DNA of 64,000 bases, from positions 128,001-192,000 of the forward strand of contig CAWJCS010000002.1 of NCBI GenBank assembly GCA_963841435.1, read 5' to 3'. The position numbers and the translations under genes are program-made. Of the stretch, positions 43,501 to 53,848 are shown in pieces (within the stretch, counting starts at the first letter, position 1; every line of letters starts with the position of its first letter). The stretch comes from an uncultured delta proteobacterium. GTDB taxonomy: Bacteria > Myxococcota_A > Polyangia > Polyangiales > Polyangiaceae. The notes beneath the pieces are model-generated. The model made no database searches and had not been told where the DNA came from. It saw only the letters and a list, made by a program, of their open reading frames with translations.

Positions 43501-45092
43501 TCGCGCTCGACGGAGCACCTCTCGACCTCGTCCCGGCGCTCGCCGAGATGGGGGTCGCCGGCAGCGTGAGCGGGCACGTGGCCCTCGTCGAAACGGACGA
43601 GCAGCCTCAGCTCATCGCGAGCATCAAGCTCGACGAGGGCGGCCTCGGAGGGACCGCCGTCGGCTCGGGTGAGCTCGACGTGCGCTCGGACGGCAAGACG
43701 GTCCGCGTCACGCTCGAGCTCGAGCGTGACGACTCGAAGCTCGACGCCGAGGGGCGCGCCGCGCTCGCGTGGGAGCGCCTGTGGCCGACGCTGGATCTCA
43801 CCCACCCGGCGCTCGCGACGGCGCGCATCGAGCATCTCGACGCGGGTATGCTGGCGCCGCTCGTCGGTGGAGCGCTCGCCGAGCTCGCGGGTCGGATCGA
43901 CGGCCAGCTGGATCTCGCGCTCACGCCGCGTACGAAGGGAGCGCCCGGCTACACCGGCAACGTCACGGGCAAGGTCTCGCTGCGCGATGGCGCGATGCGC
44001 GTCCGGGGGCTCGACATGCGCTTTACGGACATCAGTTTGGACGCGGAAGCGAAGCGCATGAACGGGCGCAACGTCATTGCGCTCCGCAACGTCTCCGCGG
44101 CCTCGCGTTCCCGCAAGCCGAATGTCTCGGCGGCCGCCGACCTCTACCTCGACGGCCTGACGCTGACGGGCGGACGCGCGAACGTCAACCTGAAGTCGGT
44201 GCCGTTCCTGCTCGAGGGCGTATCGCAGGCGACGCTCACGGGCAGCGCGAGCGTGGCGCTCGAGCAGCGCCCCGACATGATGCTCGTCAACGTCTCCGTA
44301 CCCGAGCTCACGGCAGAGCTGCCGAGCTCGACGGGGCGCAACGTCATCGCGCTCGATGACCACCCCGCCATCGAGATCGTGCAACCGCTCGCCGAGCCCA
44401 TGGAAAGCTCCGACGCCGAGGCACAGCGCTGGCAGCTCGTGTTTCAGCTCGGCAAGAAGGTTCGCGTCAAGCGCGCCGGGCTCGAAATCCCGCTGCACGG
44501 CACGCCCGTCCTCACGCTCGGCAAGGACGTGGACGTCACGGGTGACATCGAGCTCGAGCCCGGCGGCCGCGTCCAGCTGCTCGGCAAGGCGTTCAGCATC
44601 GAGTCCGGAGAAGTTCACTTCGATACGGGGGAGCCCTCGAACCCGCGCCTCCGGGTGCTCGCGCGCTGGCGCGCGCCGGACACGACGACCGTCTACGTCG
44701 AGGTCCGCGGCACGCTGCGCGAGGCGACGCTGCGATTCGAAAGCGACCCGCCTCGCTCCGAGGAGGACATCCAGGCCATGCTGCTCACCTACGGTATGGA
44801 CGTGGGGGCTGCCTTCGCCGACACGCCGCTGCAAGGCCTGCAGCTCGGCGCCGCAGCGGAAACGGGTCTCGACGATCGCACCTACGCGACGTACACGGCT
44901 GCCGTACAGATCAGCGACGAAATCTGGTTCGAAGGCAGCTACAAGGCATTCGGCGGGAATGGACTGGGCAGCGAATCCGAGAGCGGCGTGAGCGGGACGG
45001 TCAACTGGCGGTTTCGCCAGAACTGGTCGCTCCGCACCGAGATCGGCAACATCGGTACCGGCTTGGATCTCTCCTGGCAGTACCAATACTGA
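40578..45092 (+). CDS. tamB: TamB-like (DUF490) translocation/assembly protein
   Basis: 1504 aa, N-terminal anchor, beta-rich; C-terminal GKAFSIESGEVHF..NPRL..FESDPP; ends WQYQY; follows the Omp85 gene. Confidence 0.82.
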   Translation: MNGRVRRTIVRGLVGLSALVLFVVASVGGLLLHLDLPPSRRLAATITARVLGSELRGSFEVAGIEELSPYGLRVERFDVRDPDGELVLRVQGLRARADLLGILRDALFDSGKLTIVIEHARVERARVLLLPVPGASEPTLAVAFTPRGPSTPGGRPVRVWLPAIELGRGHVSGRLAFAPSLEGRVSGVRGSVLVAPDGVAVDAPQFAASVRGLLAEELRAVGSFHQRGTTHFWSTLDGYVGEVQYNLSARLDGDHLSAKMSVPHAEPEAVRRLLPDWPLLETAAAEVEVVGDLPKLRVQGTAGVSGSRLRVQGDLDLAAGPRAVLAVEGERLDLRAVVADAPATRFDARSTLDLRNTDAGVVLEGEGTSEPTEIEGVPVPGTHFRAHYDKLGLSGVATLFEPGMPLEGTFRVEPSGTADFEAHAARFRVNRVPRVAAIVSARGALELRAKAHLEKGNLAASFSADVRDLVVGPLSGGSARASGTLEGPLKSPRRMHLDVKASGSELRLGALELGTSEARASGPLDRLVVSADFHAGSGAELTARTELSAWRGTHFTGVELTASRDQHRLRAIAAEVTVNGGAIDVRDARLEGAGGTLVASAKLRPGVLRLSLSGGGLDLDALAGVLGLTGESLGGKLNVAAEVEIEGQKRHGTLEVAVKDGRGGPLEGLNLDAKATLDNRSLSGEVSAAVADLGTGRASFELWLDGSPLEARSFSRATGRLDVGVERLELAALARLLPLTLPVRKLTGSVTAQLSLVRADPEARPELSLLAATSGLALEVPRGDREAPIAVHGIEAQLNGRVSGATGVAEGTLALVDQNGVLLVTHVRESGDPDHLPSTPAELVAELATRPVDISFRTDGRRLDELPDFIRPAKLSGVLSAELNVRGTLKAPVLFAKASLRGFTFGDGEKPFDACARAQYDPAERRIGVGGEAHLPSPSFTPCAGRAVALAEATGTANLPALARGERGFRGNADLALDGAPLDLVPALAEMGVAGSVSGHVALVETDEQPQLIASIKLDEGGLGGTAVGSGELDVRSDGKTVRVTLELERDDSKLDAEGRAALAWERLWPTLDLTHPALATARIEHLDAGMLAPLVGGALAELAGRIDGQLDLALTPRTKGAPGYTGNVTGKVSLRDGAMRVRGLDMRFTDISLDAEAKRMNGRNVIALRNVSAASRSRKPNVSAAADLYLDGLTLTGGRANVNLKSVPFLLEGVSQATLTGSASVALEQRPDMMLVNVSVPELTAELPSSTGRNVIALDDHPAIEIVQPLAEPMESSDAEAQRWQLVFQLGKKVRVKRAGLEIPLHGTPVLTLGKDVDVTGDIELEPGGRVQLLGKAFSIESGEVHFDTGEPSNPRLRVLARWRAPDTTTVYVEVRGTLREATLRFESDPPRSEEDIQAMLLTYGMDVGAAFADTPLQGLQLGAAAETGLDDRTYATYTAAVQISDEIWFEGSYKAFGGNGLGSESESGVSGTVNWRFRQNWSLRTEIGNIGTGLDLSWQYQY

Positions 45093-45190
45093 GGCGTGCC
45101 ACCGATCGGACACTTTGCCGACACGGCTCGGTGTGCCGCGGCCCCGCACCTGCTTTCCACCCGTTCGGCACGCGTGGTAGCGTTTTTCCC

Positions 45191-45664
45191 ATGGGTGACG
45201 CGACTCCGGTCAAGGAGCAAACGGCGGTCGAGCCCGCGCCCGTGGCCCGGGGCAACGTGCGCCTCGCGATCGTGCTCCGCGGGCTCTTCATCGCGTGCGG
45301 CGCGGCGTTGCTCGTCGGGTTCTTCTTGCCCTGGGTCAAGGTCGGCGCGATGCTCACGGTGAGCGGTCTCGGTCTGAGCCTCGCGCAAGGCGACATGGTC
45401 GGCATGGTGGCGGGCAACAGCGGCTTTCTGCTCTTCGCGATCCCGACCTTGGGGGTCGTGTTGATCGCCGGCGCGCTGCTCGGCCATCGGTTCACTTCGT
45501 GGCTCGCCGTGGGCGGCGCCACGATGATTCTCGGATTCGGTTTCTACACGGTGCTCAGGTTTTTCCTACAAAGCACCGGGTTTGGGATGTGGGTCGTCGT
45601 GCTCGCGACGCTCCTCGCGCTGACGGGCGGGCTGCTCGGCGTCGGGCGCTCCGCGTCGTCGTGA
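45191..45664 (+). CDS. Membrane protein (~4 TM)
   Basis: GFFLPWV, GFGMW, hydrophobic segments. Confidence 0.75.
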   Translation: MGDATPVKEQTAVEPAPVARGNVRLAIVLRGLFIACGAALLVGFFLPWVKVGAMLTVSGLGLSLAQGDMVGMVAGNSGFLLFAIPTLGVVLIAGALLGHRFTSWLAVGGATMILGFGFYTVLRFFLQSTGFGMWVVVLATLLALTGGLLGVGRSASS

Positions 45665-46051
45665 AGCTCAGAACTTCACTCCGCCCCCGAAGTAAAGCGA
45701 GAGCTCGTGCGTGATGAGCCGGGCCGGGCCGATGCCGAGCGCCCCGCTCGTCGGGTTGACACGAGGCCGTTGTAAGGACCGTTCCCGTAGGAGGTCACGG
45801 GCCTATCCTCGTCGAAGGGCTCGCGCCTCACAAGCCTCGGAGGCCGGCCCGCGGCGTCGCGCTAGAAGCGCACGAAGAAGTCGAAGTCGAAGTCGAAGTT
45901 GACGATCAAGCCTCGGTCGTTGCCGCGCGTCCCCGCGCCGTCGAAGTGTGTGCCTGGTCCGTGCGAGGGATGAGCTTTACGAGGCCTCGCGAGGCTGTTA
46001 CCGGTCGCGTGTCGGGCGACGCGAAGTCGTTCGAACGTCGGAGGTCGAAGG

Positions 46052-48163
46052 ATGCCGTATCATCGCTGGGTTTCGTTTGCCTTGTTGACCTGCCTCGGCG
46101 CGTGCCAAAAAAATGCGCCACAGGTTCCGCCACCGCGCGCCGCGCTTGCCGAGCCCGAGGCCAAGGTGGCGCCGGCGCCCGCCGGGCCGAAGCCCGAGCT
46201 TGGCACGTTCGGCATCGAGCTCGAAAATCGTGACGGAAGCGTTCGCCCCGGTGACGACTTCTACCGCAGCGTGAACGGACATTGGCTCGCGACGTATCAG
46301 CTCAAGCCCGACGAGATGCGCTACGGCGCGTTCATCAAGCTGCAATATCGAGCGGAAGATCAGGTCAAGGCAATCCTCGACGAGCTGTCCCAGAAGCCGG
46401 CGGTGCCGGGGAGCATCGAGCAGCAGATCAGTGACTTTTACGCGAGCTTCATGGACCGTGCAGCGCTCGAGGCCAAGGGTATCGCCGCGCTCGGGCCCGA
46501 GCTTTCGGCCATCGCGGCGATCCGTGACGAGAAGGGCCTCGTCGAGGCCTTCGGGCGCGCGGACATGATGGGCTCGAACGCGCCGTTCGGCGCCGGCGTG
46601 GAGGTCGATCGCCGAAACCCCGATCGCTACATGCTGAACGTCGCGCAGGCCGGGCTCGGCCTGCCCGATCGTTCATTTTACCTCGAGGACGCTTTCGCCA
46701 AGGTGCGCTCGGCTTACGAGGCTCACATCGCGACCATGCTCGGTTTCACCGGCCTCGACGAGGCCCGAGCAAAGCGCGCCGCGGCCGCCATCCTGAAGCT
46801 CGAGACGAGCATCGCGGAGAAGCACTGGCCCCGTACCGAGCTCCGCGACAGCGACAAGACGAACAACGTCTTCACGCTTTCGGACTTCGAGGCGAAGTTC
46901 CCAGGCTTTGCCTGGCGCCGGTACTTCGAGGCGATGGACATCGACGCTACGAAGCTAAAAGAGCTCAATGTCTTTACCCCGAGCGCGCTCGTCCCTCTGG
47001 CGAAAATCGTGAGGAAGACGCCGCTTTCCACCTGGAAGCAGTACCTCACGTTCCACCTGGTCGAGAATCACGCGCCGCTGCTCGGTGACACCATCGACGA
47101 CGCGAGCTTCTCCTTCCGCGGCAAGGTGCTGCTCGGCCAGCCCGAACAGCGCGAGCGTTACAAGCGCGCGGTCAACCTCGTCGGTGGCATGCACTCGCTC
47201 GGCGAAGCCATCGGCAAGCTGTACGTCGCGCGTCACTTCCCGCCCGAGTCGGCGGCCGTGATGAACGAGCTGGTCGGCAACCTGAGGGGCGCTTTCGAGG
47301 AACGCATCGAGGCCCTCTCGTGGATGGGGCCCGAGACGAAGAAGCAAGCGCTCGCGAAGCTCGCGACCTTCAATCCGAAGGTCGGTTACCCGAAGAAGTG
47401 GCGTGATTTTTCGGGCATCACCATCGTGCCGAACGACCTCATGGCCAACTATCGCGCCGTCACCAAGTACTGGCACGACGACGAGGTGGGTCGACTCGAC
47501 AAGCCCACGGATCGCGACGAATGGCAGATGACGCCGCAGACGATCAACGCGTACTACAATCCGCCCTTCAACGAGGTCGTCTTCCCAGCGGCCATTCTGC
47601 AGCCGCCGTTCTTCGATCCGCACGCCGACCCCGCGGTGAACTACGGAGCGATCGGCGCGGTGATTGGCCACGAAATGGGGCATGGCTTCGACGACCAGGG
47701 TTCGAAGTACGACTCCCGCGGCGTACAGCGAAACTGGTGGACCGAACAGGATCGCGCGCGCTTCGACGCGCTCACCCAGTCGCTCGTCAAGCAATACGAT
47801 GCCTTCGAGCCGCTGCCGGGGCAGCACATCAACGGCCAGCTCACGCTCGGCGAGAACATCGGCGACCTCGGCGGCCTCTCGGTGGCTCTTTCCGCGTACG
47901 AGAAGTCGCTCGGCGGCAAACCCGCCCCCGTGATCGACGGTTTCACGGGCACGCAGCGCTTCTTCATGTCGTTCGGCCAGCTCTGGGCGACGAAGGCGCG
48001 CGACGAATTCCTGCTCACCACACTGAAGTCCGACCCGCACAGCCCCGGTGAGTTCCGCGTCAACGGGGTCGTCAGAAACATGGGCGCCTGGTACGACGCC
48101 TTCGGGGTGACGCAGGGCGACAAGCTCTTCCTCTCACCCGCCGAACGAGTCACCATCTGGTGA
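46052..48163 (+). CDS. M13 (neprilysin/PepO) metallopeptidase lipoprotein
   Basis: LGAC lipobox, PGDDFY, INAYY, FPAAILQPPFF, HEMGH, GENIGD, DPHSP. Confidence 0.95.
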   Translation: MPYHRWVSFALLTCLGACQKNAPQVPPPRAALAEPEAKVAPAPAGPKPELGTFGIELENRDGSVRPGDDFYRSVNGHWLATYQLKPDEMRYGAFIKLQYRAEDQVKAILDELSQKPAVPGSIEQQISDFYASFMDRAALEAKGIAALGPELSAIAAIRDEKGLVEAFGRADMMGSNAPFGAGVEVDRRNPDRYMLNVAQAGLGLPDRSFYLEDAFAKVRSAYEAHIATMLGFTGLDEARAKRAAAAILKLETSIAEKHWPRTELRDSDKTNNVFTLSDFEAKFPGFAWRRYFEAMDIDATKLKELNVFTPSALVPLAKIVRKTPLSTWKQYLTFHLVENHAPLLGDTIDDASFSFRGKVLLGQPEQRERYKRAVNLVGGMHSLGEAIGKLYVARHFPPESAAVMNELVGNLRGAFEERIEALSWMGPETKKQALAKLATFNPKVGYPKKWRDFSGITIVPNDLMANYRAVTKYWHDDEVGRLDKPTDRDEWQMTPQTINAYYNPPFNEVVFPAAILQPPFFDPHADPAVNYGAIGAVIGHEMGHGFDDQGSKYDSRGVQRNWWTEQDRARFDALTQSLVKQYDAFEPLPGQHINGQLTLGENIGDLGGLSVALSAYEKSLGGKPAPVIDGFTGTQRFFMSFGQLWATKARDEFLLTTLKSDPHSPGEFRVNGVVRNMGAWYDAFGVTQGDKLFLSPAERVTIW

Positions 48164-48390
48164 CACGGGGCGCGCCGCCGGCGCCCGCGCCCAGCCCGCC
48201 CGTTTCGGACCGCGAGCGTCTTCTTGCCGACGCACCCCTCCCGTGAGCGTGCCGAGGACCTCGCCGCGCCCTGTCAGAATCCGTTACTTGATTCGGGTGC
48301 TGCGTTCTGCAAGCGTCGGACCGTCCCCGGGTTTGAAAGACGATGAGGACACGCGCCAGCACGATTGAGAGCGCTCGGACGGTTTCGAGC

Positions 48391-50203
48391 ATGCCCGCTG
48401 CTGCGGACCGCTCGAGCAACGAGCCGCCGCCCTTGATCCCAGGCTACGAGATCGAGTGCGAGATCGGACGGGGCGGCATGGGCGTCGTCTACCGCGCCGT
48501 ACACAGCAGCCTCGGGCGCCGTGTGGCGATCAAGATGATCCTCGCCGGCAACTCGCAAGGTGAAGAGCGCGAGCGCTTCATCAGTGAGGCGGAAGCCGTC
48601 GCGCGCCTCAAGCACCCGAACATCGTGCAGATTTACGAGATCGGCGAAGTGGAGGGTCGCCCCTATTTTTCCCTCGAGTACGTCGAGGGCGGCAGCGTCG
48701 AGGATCTGTTCGGGGGCAAGCCCATGGCGTGGCGTGCCGCTGCGAAGCTCGTGACGGAGCTCGCACGCGCCGTCCAGGCCGCTCACGAGCAAGGCATCGT
48801 GCATCGCGACCTCAAGCCGGCCAACGTGCTGCTCGACAGCGACGGTACGCCCAAGATCACCGATTTCGGCATCGCGAAACGGCTCGACGCCGTGAGGCAA
48901 ACCCAGACGGGTAAGATCCTCGGCACGCCTTGCTACATGTCGCCGGAGCAGGCTCTCGGGCGCGGTGACCTCGTGGGGCCGGGCGCCGACATCTATGCCC
49001 TCGGTGCCATCCTCTACGACGCGCTCACGGGGCGGCCGCCGTTCGAGGCCGACAACACGCTCGACACCATCATGCAGGCCGTTTTGCGCGAGCCGGTCTC
49101 GCCGCGCGCGCTGCAGTCGAACGGTGCCCCGTGACCTCAACGTCATTTGCCTGAAATGCCTCGAAAAGAAGCCCGAAAAGCGTTACGCGACGGCGGCCGA
49201 GCTCGCCGACGACCTCGACCGGCTCTTGGGCAACGAGCCGATCCTCGCGCGACCCGCCGGTCGGCTCGAGCGGGCGCAACGCTGGGCGCGCCGCAATCCT
49301 GCCTGGGCAACGCTCGCGCTCGTTTCGGCGATGGGGCTGATCGGCCTGCTCGCGACCTGGGCGGCCTTCACGCGCGAGCTTTCGCGCGAGCTCAAACTGA
49401 CCGAGCTCGCGCGGCGCGAGGCGACGGCCGCGGAGGGTGAGCTTCGCAACCGCGCGCTTGCCAACAAGGCGGCGAGCGTCGACAGCGACCTGCGCCAGCT
49501 CGCCGGGGTGCCGCGTGTCGTGGCCGCTGCGCTCGCGGGGCGAAAGGACTGGAGCGAGGCGCAGCTCGAAACGTGGCTTCGCCGCGAGCTCCACGACGAG
49601 CCGCACATTTTCGGCATGGCCGTCGCGTTCGAGCCCGCGGCGTTTCGTCCCGACGTATCGGACTTCTGCCTGTACGTCTTTCGCGGCGAAAGGGGCGTAG
49701 AGGCGAAGCAGCTCTTGCCGCCGGGGTACACGCCGATCTATCGCGAATGGGACTGGTATCGGGGTGCGATCGATCAGGGGAGCTTTTCCGAGCCGTACGT
49801 CAACGAGGGCGGCGGCAACATCCCGATGGTCACCTTCTCGATGCCTTTCTTCCGCGACCGCAGGCGCGCCGGCGTCGTCACCGCCGATCTGTCGCTCGAC
49901 TACTTCCACGCTCTCGACGAGGCCGTCCGGTCTTCGCGCTTCGGCGGAAAATCGTACGCTCTGATGGTGAGCGCGGCCGGAACGGTCCTGAGCCACCCGG
50001 AGGCTCGGTTGCGCTTCCCGGCACCCGGGTCGCGCCCCGAGCTACCCGCCGACCCCGGAGGTCGTGCGCTCTGGACGCGGATCCTCGCGGGCGAGACCGG
50101 TTCGGGTCGAGGGAGCGACCTCGCGACCGGAGCGCCCGCGGAGCTGTCGTTCGCGCCGGTTCCCACGGCCCGCTGGTCTCTGGTCGTCGCCGTTCCCCCC
50201 TGA
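48391..50203 (+). CDS. Ser/Thr kinase + TM + Cache sensor domain; frameshift at ~49120
   Basis: GRGGMGVVY, VAIK, HRDLKPAN, DFG, GTPCYMSPEQ; after the shift ICLKCLEKKPEKRY, TM, WDWY..SEPY..GGG..MVTFS..GVVTADLSL. Start may be 48343. Confidence 0.88.
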
Positions 50204-50223
50204 ATTCGCGCGCGAGCCGGGGC

Positions 50224-50333
50224 GCGTTGCTCGACAACTTCGAATGGGCCGGAGGGGGTACCGGCCTCGTTTCGGGCTCTATGCCGTCGACTACGCGACC
50301 GAGCGCCGCACTTTGCGGCCGAGCGGCGAGCTT
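50224..50333 (+). pseudogene. Remnant of a GH1 beta-glucosidase C-terminus
   Basis: ALLDNFEWA, then after a shift GYRPRFGLYAVDYATERRTLRPSG, matching the GH1 motif WSLLDNFEW..GY..RFG..VD. Confidence 0.75.
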
Positions 50334-50487
50334 ACCGGGCGATTGCCCGCGAGCGTCGTGTCAACTGAGCGCGCCCCGGACTTCCGGTCGAGCACGGCGG
50401 ACGCGCGGTTCTTCCGCTTTTTGGCTGCCGGATGCACACGTTGGGCTGCGCAGGCGGCGAGAGGAGCCTGCCGAAGGAGACCAAACG

Positions 50488-50922
50488 ATGTCGATGGACG
50501 AGCACTTTTCGGGACGTTGTTTTTGTGGAGCCGTGGAGGTTCGAGTCACGGGCAAACCGGCCGCCGTGGGCTTTTGCCACTGCGAATCCTGCCGCCTTTG
50601 GTCGGCATCCCCCGTGAACGCCTTCACCCTCTGGCCGCCGACGGCGGTCTCCGTCACACGCGGAGCGGAGCATGTCGCTGGGTTTCAGAAGACGGAGCGC
50701 AGCGTTCGCAAGTGGTGCAAGCTCTGCGGCGGGCACCTCTTCACGGAGCACCCCACGTGGGGCGTGACCGACGTGTATGCGGCCTTGATTCCAACCCTCG
50801 CCCTTTCGCCGATGCTGCACGTGAACTACCAGGAGGCCGTGCTCCACGTTCACGACGGCCTCCCCAAGCAACGCGACATGCCTGCGGAGATGGGCGGCTC
50901 GGGCAGGCTGATGGCCGAATAG
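50488..50922 (+). CDS. GFA/CENP-V family zinc protein
   Basis: AAGGAG RBS; GRCFCGAV, CHCESCR, WCKLCG. Confidence 0.92.
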   Translation: MSMDEHFSGRCFCGAVEVRVTGKPAAVGFCHCESCRLWSASPVNAFTLWPPTAVSVTRGAEHVAGFQKTERSVRKWCKLCGGHLFTEHPTWGVTDVYAALIPTLALSPMLHVNYQEAVLHVHDGLPKQRDMPAEMGGSGRLMAE

Positions 50923-50959
50923 CGTGCGCCTAGCGGCGGCGGGGGACGGCTCCGCGAGC

Positions 50960-51963
50960 TCAGCGCTCGGCGAAGCCGTCCGGTGGGGGCGCCGTGGTGC
51001 CGCGCTCGCCGCGCCGAAAGCCCGCCGGCGCCACGCCGACCCAGCGCTTGAACGCGCGGCCGAGCGCCGTTTCGGAGCCGTAGCCGACGCGCTCGGCAAT
51101 CTCCGCAACGCTGAGCTCGGTCGTCGAGAGCAGCGTCGCGGCGAGCTGAACGCGCCAGCGCGCGAGGTACTTTATCGGGGGAATGCCGGTGAAGTGCGCG
51201 AAGCGCTCGGCGAGCACCGAACGCGACACGCCCACGGCCTGCGCGAGCTCTTCGAGGGTCCAATCGTGCGTCGGGCGCTCGTGCAGCTTGGCAAGCGCCC
51301 GCCCCACGCTTTCGTCGCGCAGCCCCGCGAGCCATCCGCCCTGCTCCGGCCGCAGTCGTTCGGTGTGCTGGCGCACGACCTCGACGAACAGGAGCTCACT
51401 GAGGCGCGACAGCACCGTCAAGCCACCCGCGCGCGGCGCCTCCGACTCGCGGAGGGCAAGCTTTAGCAGCTCGTCGACGACGCTGTCGCTCGTGGCGCGC
51501 GGCATGTGGATCGTCCTCGGTAAGCTCGCGAGCAATGGATTGAAGGGTCCGCGATCGAAGCCGAGAAAACCGCAGATGAAGCGGGTGCGCTCGGGCCCGC
51601 CGCCACCCCTGCGGATCGTGACCGGCAGGCGTTGATTGCGGGCCGTGCCCACGAACGTCATCGGCGACGCTGGCGCGCATGCCCGGTGCGCTCGAGATCA
51701 CGTGGGGGTCGCCCTGGGGGAAGCAGAATCACGTCCCCCGGCTCGAGCCGAATCGGTGTCTCGTCGAGGCGCCCTCCCCAGCATGCCCCCTCGACGATGG
51801 CGTGATACTCGATGACGTGCTCGAGCCCGGGCATGATGTGTGGCCCGACCTCGCGCGCGTCGGGCGTGTCGGCAACCCAGGGGGCGGAGGCATCGACCGC
51901 GAAGAAGACGGCGCCCGTGAGTCGCACGGCGCGGAGCACTTCCGACAATGTGTCGCTGCTCAT
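50960..51963 (-). CDS. AraC-family regulator with cupin domain; frameshifts at ~51718 and ~51655
   Basis: DTLSEVLRAVRLTGAVFF, CGF, WTLEELA, SRSVLAERF, VGYGSETA..RAFKR. Divergent-style partner arrangement is not seen; it converges on the GFA gene. Confidence 0.88.
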
Positions 51964-52158
51964 ACTCCGGACCCATCTCGTATTCCGACCCCGGTTGCCC
52001 GGCAAGGTCTTCGGTTCCGGCAACAGCTCGACCACCTGGCCGCTCGCTTCGGGCACTGTCCGGAGTCGCCCACGGCCCCCCGAGTTCGCCGAGACGCGCA
52101 TCACCGAGGAGGACTGCCGTTCCCACGCCCGCGCCGATGGGCCTAACATCGCGCGAGC

Positions 52159-53803
52159 GTGCCCCGAGCTCCCGAGCGGCGACGACGGACGGTATCGCGC
52201 GTTCTTCGTGGCGTGGCGCTCGGTGCAAGCTACGTTCTCGTGGCCCGCATCGGGCTCAGCCTCGACGCCGTGGGTGGCCTCGCGACGCTCGTGTGGCCGT
52301 CAACCGGGCTCGCCCTCGCCGCTCTCGTCGTGCTCGGTCGCTGGGCGTGGCCGGGGATCGCCCTCGGCGCGCTTTTCGTCAACCTCTGGGTCGGCGCGCC
52401 GCCGGCCGTTGCGGTCGGCATCGCGGCGGGCAATACGCTCGAGGCGCTGCTCGGCGCCTACGCGCTCTCGCGCGTCGGATTCGAGCGCTCGCTCCAGACC
52501 TTGCGGAGCGCCATCGCCTTGATCGCGCTCGCGGCGCTCGGGAGCACGCTCGTGAGCGCCAGCATCGGCACGCTCAGCATGACGCTGGGTGGCGTCGTGC
52601 CGCCGGCCCGTCTCGGAAGCGCGTGGCTCGCGTGGTGGCTCGGCAACGTCATCGGGGACCTGATCGTCGCGCCTTTTCTGCTCACGCTCAGCGTCCCGGC
52701 GCCGCGCTGGACGCGCGGTCGCGTGGCGGAGAGTGCGCTCATGATCGCATTGCTCGGCGTGCTCGGCGCGCTCGTTTTCGGGCAGCAGCCTGGCGCCGCG
52801 ATCGGTCCCCTGCGGCAGCCTCACATGGTGATACCCCTTCTGCTGTGGGCGGCGTTGCGTTTCGGGCCCCGCGGCGCGAGCGGCGCGACGTTGCTCACGA
52901 GCGTCGTCGCCATCACGGGCACGGCGCTCGGGCGGGGCCCACTGCCAGGTGCGACGCTCTACGAGCAGCTCCTCGGCCTCCAGGGCTTCATGGCGATGGC
53001 GGCCTGCACGACCTTGACGCTGTCGGCCGTGGTCGCGGAGCGCCGGGCTCTGCTCGTCCAGGAGCAATCGCTGAGGACCGCGGCCGAGCGCGCCGTCCGC
53101 GTGCGCGACGAGTTTCTCGCGATCGCCTCGCACGAGCTGAGGACGCCGCTCACCCCGCTCAAGCTGCAGCTCGACGGACTGGTTCGTGCGCTCGGCGACG
53201 CCGACGCTCGCATCCGGAGCCGCATGGAGAGCGCGCTCCGGCAGACCGACAATCTCATCGTGCTGGCAGAGCGGTTACTCGACGTTACTCGGATTGCCGC
53301 CGGCCGGCTCGATCTCGAGATCGAGCGCGTCAACCTCGCGGAGCTCGTCGCCGAGGTCGTCGATCAGCACCGCGACGCGGCAGCCAAGGCCGAAAGCACG
53401 CTGACGCTCAGCGGGCCCGCTTTTGCCGTTGGAGCCCTCGACCGCACGCGCGTGGCTCAGGCGCTCGCGAACCTGCTCTCGAACGCCGTCAGATACGGCC
53501 GTGGAAAGCCCGTCGAGATCGTCCTCGGCCAGACCGAGGATGCTTTCGACATTTCCGTGCGTGACTCCGGCGTCGGCATCCCCAGGGAGGCACTTGGCCG
53601 CATTTTCGAGCGTTTCGAACGTGCGGCGTCGGCGAAAGAGCACGGCGGGCTCGGTCTCGGGCTCTACCTGGCGCGCGAGAATCGCCCTCGCGCATGGCGG
53701 AGCCATCGACGTGACGAGCACGCCCGGTACGGGCTCCACCTTCGTCCTTAGCTTGCCGCGTCGTGCCTCGGCTGGCCCCGCGGCGGACCGGCCGTCGAGG
53801 TGA
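52159..53803 (+). CDS. MASE1-domain sensor histidine kinase; frameshift at ~53680
   Basis: VWPSTG, WWLGN, WAALRFG, ASHELRTPL, NLLSNA, DSGVGI, GLGLGL, then AHGGAIDV..G.GSTF in the next frame. Confidence 0.9.
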
Positions 53804-53848
53804 CACCCATGGGTCCGACGGTCCTCGTCTGCGACGCTGCCCCGCCCC

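Noticed and set aside
41463-45149. 1228-aa minus-strand ORF and similar long ORFs (12333..15338, 21216..23267, 58207..59763, 799..1866)
   Set aside because: Antisense or off-frame shadows of real genes, expected at high GC; no motifs.
45718-45855. 6S RNA or SRP RNA
   Set aside because: Rod-like pairing exists, but I could not recognise the conserved sequence motifs. Kept only as a weak finding.
45877-45900. GAAGTC repeat as a CRISPR or contingency locus
   Set aside because: Only ~4 hexamer units, no spacers, no cas genes.
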